Source: Chrysomallon squamiferum
Taxonomy: Eukaryota; Animalia; Mollusca
NCBI GenBank assembly: GCA_012295275.1
Contig: CM022677.1
Coordinates: 18,104,001-18,168,000, forward strand
Length of the DNA stretch: 64,000 nt
Reading direction: 5' to 3'
Shown: in pieces, positions 56,236-64,000 of the stretch
Layout: every line of letters starts with the position of its first letter
Numbering within the stretch: the stretch's first letter is position 1
The notes under the pieces: generated by a model
Databases searched by the model: none
The model's input: only the letters and a program-made list of their open reading frames with translations
Told to the model about the DNA's origin: nothing
Translations under genes and position numbers: made by a program

Positions 56236-56547
56236 TAATGATCAGTTTGCTGTGAGGTTTACACATTCGTATGGGGGGGTTAGATATAAATAGATGTACT
56301 TTGTGCGTCATTTCATACGATAAGCATAAATGATAATGAATAAACAAATATATATATATATATATACACATACATAAGATATACATACATGTATATAAAA
56401 GCTAAATATAATAACAACAACAACAACAACAATAATAATAAGAAGAAGAAGAAGAAGAAGAAGAAGAAAGAAGAAAAAAGTAAAAATAATAATAATAAAA
56501 GGTGTACGTATATACTAAAATAAAATGTGTGTGTGTGTCTGTGTGTG

Positions 56548-56611
<64 letters not shown>

Positions 56612-57185
56612 GAAAATGAAACAATAACAGTAATAATAATTAGAGTAGTAATAGTAGTGTTAGTAGTAGTAGTAATAGTAGTAGTAGTTGTAGTACTTTT
56701 AGTAGTAGTAGCAGTTGTAGTAGTTGTAGTAGTAGTAGTAAAAGCAGCAGCAGCAATAGGAGAAATAGTAGTAACTGTAGTGGTAGGTTTACTGGAAGTA
56801 GTCATATTAATAGCTGTCATTGGTAACAGAAAAGAATAAGTGCTCAGAAAACTGATTACATTTCTGGTTTTCACAATTTTCTAATCAATAGTTATTTCCC
56901 CTGACATCGCCATCCGTAGAAAAAAAATCCTATTCAGCTTGAGTTGGAAGAAAACATAAAGTCTAATTCTAGCGATGTTTTCCGATAACATGAAAAGATC
57001 ACTGTTTTGTTATTACTGTGTGTTAACGCTAGCTCAGAGAAAAATGTCGGGGACAGCCTTTATTGGAATGTTATGAAAAAATATTTTCACAGCGACGCTA
57101 CGTCTTTGTTATTTAGTTATGAAAATATGTTCTCACGAGGAACTTTTAAGGATAGTACTGCAACGATTACGAAATATATATTCAT

Positions 57186-57187
<2 letters not shown>

Positions 57188-57267
<80 letters not shown>

Positions 57268-57531
57268 AAACAGAGAGAGAGAGATTAAGACAGAGAGAGA
57301 GACTGAAAGAGAGAGAGACTAAAGAGAGAGAGAAACTGAAAGAGAGAGAGAAATAAAGACAGAGAGAGATAAAGGCAGAGAGAGAGAGACAGAGTGAAAG
57401 AGAGAGATAAAGAGAGAGAGATAAAAACAGAGAGAGAGACTGAAAGAGAGAGATAAAGAAAGATAAAGAGAGATAAAAACCGAGAGAGACTGAAGGAGAG
57501 AGATAAAGACAGAGAGAGAAAGAGACAGACT

Positions 57532-57568
<37 letters not shown>

Positions 57569-57765
57569 AGAGAGAGAGATAAAGACAGAGAGAAAGATAA
57601 AAAGAGAGAGAGAGATAAAAACAGAGAGAGAAACTGAAAGAGAGAGATAAAGGCAGAGAGAGAGAGAGAGATAAAGATATATATATATAAAACTAGAGAG
57701 AGAGACTGAGAGATAAAGATATAGAGAGAGAGTGAGAGATAGAAAGAAGACACAGACAGACACAA
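57188..57765. repeat. Compound GA-rich repeat: (GA)n interrupted by TAAAGACA and CTGAAA
   Basis: Directly visible purine-rich tract of about 580 bp. Confidence 0.9.
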
Positions 57766-59074
57766 TTTTTTCGAATGAAGCTTGCTTTTGATTATTTCAA
57801 ACGTAGCTTAGTAACCACGAGAAATGAACGATTCTGAAAGAAAGCGACTGTGACTGAACTAACCAATCAAATGACGAAACGTCACCTAGCTGTCACATAT
57901 TTCCTTGAAACAGCGGTGTTTGCTGTTAATTAGAGCACTTACACCTGTCAGACGTTTGTTTATTTAACAGACTTTGTTTTTAACTGAAATGTAACCAGCG
58001 CAATGTCCATACTAAATACACGCTGTCTCCTGTGATGTCTGTTTTCTGAGGTAGACACAGGAGAGCGCTACAATGTGACAGACACACCCTGACTTTGTCA
58101 GAGAGCGTGACTGTCGCAAAACTGCTTCAGTGTTGTCGAAGGTAAAGCATAAATTTAATAAATCCAGTTAAAATGTAGCAGATCAGCGGACGTCATCATA
58201 CGATTTCTGGTATGACCAATGCACGTAGGTTTACTATATCGTTTAATATTTATAATCTTATACCATCCGTGCAGTATATTCACCTATTGTTAGCCATAAT
58301 ATACTGAATTAAATAGATACATATATACATCTTATATATATAAAACTCCTATCTAAATTAACAAACTACCTAGATAAGATGAACCGTGAATATCAATAGG
58401 AAATGAACACATTTTACGATGCTAAATGATAGCTATTATGTAATGATTTATTTTCTTTAATACAATAAATTTGCAGGTGAGTTCTGTAATTAGGGGTTTC
58501 CTGGTCTAATTGTAATTACTAAGATAATCAGTGGTGTTTTTTTATGGTGTTTTTTTTTTTTTTTTTTTTTTTTTTTTTGTGTCTTTTTTGTGTTTTTTTT
58601 TTTTTTTGTTGTTGTTGTTTTTTGGGGTTTTTTAATTTTTTTTTTCAGCGCAGTGGATATAATGTAAAAGAAAAATCATCATAATTAAAAATAATTAACG
58701 GTGAGAGAGAGAAAAAGAAAATATGAATCATGACCTGTATAATCAAAGTCTATAAGACGTTCAAACATAAAATATTTTTGACTAACGAAGAACTGTGTAG
58801 GATCGAGCGAAGAAAGCGGATTTCTCTGTTGTTTTATATACACATGTATAACACAATATACAAATAAAAACCTCTCAAGCAAACATTTCTACGTATACTT
58901 GTATCTTATATTTTGTTGTTTGTTGTTGTTGTTATTATTATTATTATTATTTCTTAATTATCTAACTTTCGATACATGCAAATTTAATTAGGACTTCAAC
59001 TAATTTATGAGCACTTATAAATAATTTACCGCCATAGAATTATCGCAATAACGTTTCTGTGATAACCACTTGTG

Positions 59075-59138
<64 letters not shown>

Positions 59139-59348
59139 CAGGGTCATACAGGGTAATGTGTTTCGAAAAAGAAGGCGCTTACGTTGAAGTCTACGCAGCC
59201 TAAGGAAACAGAAGGAGAGGGATTTTTTCGTTATGTGACAAACTGTAGCAGACTACTAGAAAGTTCACGACAAATTTTTTTCAAAGTCGTAAAGCCGTTT
59301 TCATTTAATTAAAATTTAAAAGTGTAGCGGGAGTTTTGAATGACCCTA
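59139..59348. mobile_element. Probable mariner-type MITE inserted in a (TA)n tract
   Basis: Ends TA-CAGGGTCAT ... ATGACCCTA-TA form a short inverted repeat. The sequence is absent from the orthologous microsatellite upstream of the other copies. Confidence 0.55.
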
Positions 59349-59362
59349 TATATATATATATA

Positions 59363-59437
<75 letters not shown>

Positions 59438-59967
59438 CAAGCACATTAATTTCAAAACTTACCTGCAAAGGGAAGAACAAATAAGTTATTAAATAGTAAC
59501 AATCATTTAGTCTTGTAAGGTGTCAGTTTCATATTGATATTCACGGTTCATCTTATCTCGCCTCGCGTTAACAAACAGATTGAAATACAGAGATAACAAT
59601 AATAATAATAATAGCAATAATAATAAAAATTATAAAATAAAATAATAATTCAAACATACCAGCTGTCTTTTTAATTAAAAAAAAATCGTTGATTCAAAAA
59701 AAAAAAAAAAGAGAAACGCAGTAATTATCGGAGAATATTAATACTTTACCAGCTCACGAACAAGTTTCTTTTTTTTCTTTTCTTTTTCTTTTCCTTATAA
59801 ACTTGATGAAAGCTAACGTCACATTTAACAGTCAACAGAATTTTCATTAGATGAACAAAATTCTTTTCCACTGGCTGTAAGGAAGGATTAATCGGAATTA
59901 AGCAAAGAATTAACTTCTTTTTTTAATTAATTAAAATTCTGATCATCGCTAGGCGTGTTTAACACAG

Positions 59968-60085
59968 TGACGTAATTTGATTGACAGCTTAATTTGTTGA
60001 AGAAATCTTTATAAAAGAAGGTAGAAACATTATCGACATTATTGAGAAGAAATTTCTGGAGGAATTTCGCTACACATTGGTGAGT
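59968..60085 (+). promoter_or_regulatory. Promoter / first-exon module of copy 9
   Basis: TGACGTAAT, TGATTGACAG 59978-59987, TATAAAAG 60010-60017, donor variant GTGAGT at 60080. Confidence 0.7.
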
Positions 60086-60768
60086 GTATATTAAAATAAT
60101 GTTATTGCTATTACTACTATTACTACTACTACTGCTACTACTATTACTACTAACCGACTACTACTACTACTACTACTACTACTATTACTACTACAACTAC
60201 TACTACTAATAATAATAGCAATAGTAGGAAGGTAGTAATAGTAGTAGCACTAATAATAATAATAATATAAGTATAGTAGTAATACTGATAGTAGCTATAC
60301 TAATAATACTGTCGCTTTCTCTCTCGCTCGCTTCTGTTGGCCTTTCGGACATATTATTTAGTGAAAGTTTTAATAAAAGCACACAAATAATCAAGTAACT
60401 TTGAAAGGAGCAGCTACACACAACTTATACGACGTGGAAACCGAAACAAAGTAGTGAGAGATTCAAAACTAGCCATTTTTAAAAACAGCCTGTTTTCTAG
60501 CATTTACAGATCTAGATATTTATTAAATCGTAAATGTTGACGTTTTGATATTGTTATCTGTATCTATACCTATTTCTCTATATCAATATCTGTATAGAGC
60601 GAGGGAAAACAGAGTCACTTAAGTAACAGGACAAAGATGTTTCAGTGCAGAATTAGCGGAGAATCAACTGATAATCAATACACGGAAAAGAACAGAGACT
60701 GAAATTCTACTGTGACAGTGATCTGCGTAAATTAAAGGAGAACCGAAAAACTTTACATAAGTCGTAGA

Positions 60769-60863
60769 ATGTTGACGCGGACAATGTTGACGCGGACAGT
60801 GTTGACGCGGACAATGTTGACGCGGACAGTGTTGACTTGAATGGACAGTGCTGACTCGGACAG
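60769..60863. repeat. 15-bp minisatellite (GTTGACGCGGACA(A/G)T)n in the copy 9 intron
   Basis: Reverse complement of the unit at 14363-14483. Confidence 0.88.
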
Positions 60864-61158
60864 AATGTGTTATATTTGAATGGATCAGAATATTTATTTT
60901 ATATTTTAAGTAAATAATGTATTTCTTCCTATCTGTTTATCTAACCTACAATTTCCTTTCTGACTTTTCAAAATTTATTTTATATTTTAAGTCTCTAATC
61001 TCTATGTTCTCTCTCTCTCTCTCTCTCAGTATATATATATATATATATACTTATCTATTTGTCTGTCTCTTTTTCTATCTATATACATATATGTGTGTAT
61101 CTTTCTTTCTCTTTATTTATTCATCTTTGTGGTCTGTTTTTCTCCATCTATGTTTCAA

Positions 61159-61226
<68 letters not shown>

Positions 61227-61282
61227 TAAATACACAGACAAACAAATGAGTAAATCAGTAAATAAATAAATAAATAAATAAA

Positions 61283-61378
<96 letters not shown>

Positions 61379-61498
61379 TAATAATAACAATATCAAATTG
61401 GTGATAATGAAACCTCTCTTTCACTTTCTCTCATTATGATTTTTCATGTTGTTGTTGTTGTTATTATTATTATTATTATTATTTCAGACGCTACTTGG

Positions 61499-62629
61499 AT
61501 GAATATGAATACGACATCGGTCATGACGGAGTCAACATCAACGTACATCAGCAGTACAGCAGGATTCCAGCTCATTAACCAATCAAACGCGAGCACCGTC
61601 TCACCTCTGACAAATTTACTGTATTTTAATTTACGTGGAATTGGCTATTTTAGTTTCGTAGTAATCATATGTATACTGGCAGCCATTGGAAACGCACTCC
61701 AGTTTATTCTGATGAACGATTCAAAGTTATCTCTCTTCTCCTACACAGTTTACATGAAATTTCTGAGTTTCTCTGACACCTGGTTGCTAAGCATTCAACT
61801 TATGAGAGAATCTGAAATCCAGTTTCGTCTTCCAAGGAGTGTTGACGTCAGCAACTTCTGGTGCAAAATAGTAAACACACTGCTACTATTTCCCATGATC
61901 CTCTCGCCTTGGCTGATCGTAGGGCTGACGCTGGACAGATACATCTGTGTCAGTTTTCCACTGTCACGTGGCTGCTTTTGCACGAGAAGGAAAGCTTTCG
62001 TCGTCTGCTGGTCTATGGTTCTCGTTATTTTCGTTCTGCACATCCCTGTTCTTGTCATGGTTGAAATAAACGACGGTGTATGCTATCCATCGAAAGAAGT
62101 CGGTTTTCTTATGGTTGCATATCGACTAGTTCTCTCGTCCACACTTCCCTGCATCTGTATCTTCGTCCTCAACGTCATGATCATCGCTCACATGCAACGG
62201 AGCAACCAATTCAGGAAAACCTTCATGAGATCTGGCAAAGAATCCACCAATCAGAAGCAAGATAAGGCAACGCGCCCTCTCGTTCTCGTTTCCGTTCTTG
62301 CTCTGCTAACTATTCTACCCGCCGCGGTCACAGATTGTGTTTACGTAGGACTCAAACTTAGCCGGTCCGACATGTTAGCTTTTACATTATCTGGCAGTCT
62401 TTGGCCCCTCTTCAATATGATCTATTTGTTAAACTTTGCCCAGAATTTTTACATTCTGATGGGAAGTGCCAGGAACTACAGAGAAATCATGTTAAAGAAG
62501 TTTGGATGTTTGAAGACGCCAGTGGACAGGACACATACAAAGAAAATGTCGTCGGAAAATTCAAGTTCTGCCAGTTGCCATCTGCCGTCAGTTTCTGGTG
62601 TCGTTGCAATGACTGACGTAGGAACGTAA
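61499..62629 (+). CDS. Class A 7TM GPCR, copy 9, intact, 376 aa
   Basis: MNMNTTS ATG at 61499; acceptor AG 61486-61487; complete 7TM with LTLDRY and NFAQNFYIL. Confidence 0.93.
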   Translation: MNMNTTSVMTESTSTYISSTAGFQLINQSNASTVSPLTNLLYFNLRGIGYFSFVVIICILAAIGNALQFILMNDSKLSLFSYTVYMKFLSFSDTWLLSIQLMRESEIQFRLPRSVDVSNFWCKIVNTLLLFPMILSPWLIVGLTLDRYICVSFPLSRGCFCTRRKAFVVCWSMVLVIFVLHIPVLVMVEINDGVCYPSKEVGFLMVAYRLVLSSTLPCICIFVLNVMIIAHMQRSNQFRKTFMRSGKESTNQKQDKATRPLVLVSVLALLTILPAAVTDCVYVGLKLSRSDMLAFTLSGSLWPLFNMIYLLNFAQNFYILMGSARNYREIMLKKFGCLKTPVDRTHTKKMSSENSSSASCHLPSVSGVVAMTDVGT

Positions 62630-62697
62630 ACATATATGTGTGTGCGGGTGTTTGTGTGTGTGTGTGTGTGTTTTGTGTATGTGTGTGTATATGTTTA

Positions 62698-63420
62698 CAG
62701 TGGTACCTCGACTTCGTTTTCGTTCCGTGACTGAGCTCGTTACTGAGCTCGTACCTCATTTTGCTCGTATATCAAATCAATATTCGCAACTGAAATTATT
62801 TGAAATGCCATTAATCTGTTGCAGCCTCCCGAAAACCACCCCATTTTTTTGTAACGTGTTTTTAAATAAAAAAAAAAAAATAATTTATAAATCACAAATA
62901 TTTTATAAAAACAAAATAAAATAAAATGTAAAGAAATGAATTAGTTTTGTAAAGTGTATTTATGTTGGAGATCAGACAAATTACTTTAAAGCCCTTAGCT
63001 TATCGAATCTTTCAGCTTTAGTATGGTACATATCGTAGAAGTACTACGCTCGTACTGCCTAGCCAAGTCGACTACATGCACACCTCGCTCATGTTTTTCT
63101 ATGATTTCATTCATTCATTCAATTAACATCATCCGCTTCTTCTTCTCAGCACTGTCCTTTGCACACACTTTCCTACGATCCATGGGCAGAAAAAAGAAAT
63201 TTGCAAAATACTTCACAAAAGGCGAAAACAACACAACAGAGATACTTCCCCTGCGAGGTAACCACGTGAAGTAAACGAGTGAGACGCGGGATGCTGGGCG
63301 GATGTTACGTTGTTCGTTGCGCCAACTAGCGGCGGGGATTCTGAAACTCGCTCGTTACCCGGATTTTGGCTTGCAGCTCAAAGCAAAAAATTGGGGCACT
63401 CGTAAGTCAAGGTACCACTG
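62698..63420 (-). mobile_element. Internally deleted Tigger/pogo-family DNA transposon
   Basis: TIRs CAGTGGTACCTCGACTT.CG and CGTAAGTCAAGGTACCACTG. The minus strand from ATG 63183 reads MDRRKVCAKDSAEKKKRMMLIE*MNEIIEKHERGVHVVDLARQYERSTSTICTILK, a CENP-B-type N-terminal HTH. No DDE region. Confidence 0.9.
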
Positions 63421-63496
63421 TGTATATTCATAAATACAAACCTATAAACATATGGAGACATGCATAGATAAACACACACACACAGACACACACACA

Positions 63497-63600
63497 GAGT
63501 GGGACCTGTCTTTTGCGGCCACGTACGATATACGGACACTTTACCGAGTCCCAATTGTTTTTCTCAGTAGATATGTTCCTTACATCAGCGGACACTGATT
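63497..63600 (+). mobile_element. Shared 3'-flank MITE-like remnant, displaced by the Tigger insertion
   Basis: GAGTGGGACCTGTCTTTTGCGGCCACGTACGATATACGGACACTTTACCGAG matches 7977-8075 and 48314-48420. Confidence 0.35.
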
Positions 63601-64000
63601 ATGTTTCAACTCCAAAAGCGGAAAATCATACGGATTTGGATTCCTTTTCTTCAAAATAAATAATTTTATTGTACTGCAGCTTTATACGACATTTTTAAAG
63701 ATTGCGTCGCCTATTTCCTGCACTACATATTACATGCAGAAAGAGGTTTTTTTTTTTTTTTTTTCGAATAACGTTAGGCGAATTGCAATGCGAATTGCAA
63801 CTTCTATTTGGGTTTGAAACACAACATTTTTTGAAACATAAATATAGCGTATTCTTCTTATGAGTTTTATGACGTGCAAATATAAGTTTTATCAACGAAC
63901 TTGATGTATTTGAAATCGTATATTAAGAGAAAGCAGGACCCGGCCATGATGGTTTACTTTTCTTGTGTTTACCTGTGTAATGAATTTCCAAAAAGGTTTT

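Overview
Eukaryotic, AT-rich, microsatellite-dense DNA, probably from an invertebrate; mollusc-like is an inference from the receptor type and repeat style. The window is almost entirely one tandem cluster of class A (rhodopsin-family) 7TM GPCR genes with intronless CDSs. There are nine copies in strictly alternating orientation (+,-,+,-,+,-,+,-,+) plus one 3' fragment. Four copies have intact ~372-376 aa ORFs; five are frameshifted or deleted. Every gene is preceded by the same ~115-bp module: bZIP-like site, invariant TGATTGACAG, TATA 32 bp later, a ~40-nt non-coding exon and a GT donor. A microsatellite-rich 5'UTR intron follows, ending in (TAT)n-YCAG just before the ATG. A tenth module has no CDS of its own. 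The array is built from a ~12-15 kb palindromic head-to-head two-gene unit; three units carry the same decayed Tc1 (DD34E) at the centre. Two charge pairs at predicted ligand-pocket positions (2.57/3.32 and 5.42/6.55) occur in all four combinations among the paralogues. Also present: a 59-bp satellite, a FLYWCH-MULE relic, tRNA-type SINE copies, an internally deleted Tigger/pogo element and MITE-like remnants. No prokaryotic features. All coordinates were read by eye and may be off by a few bases.
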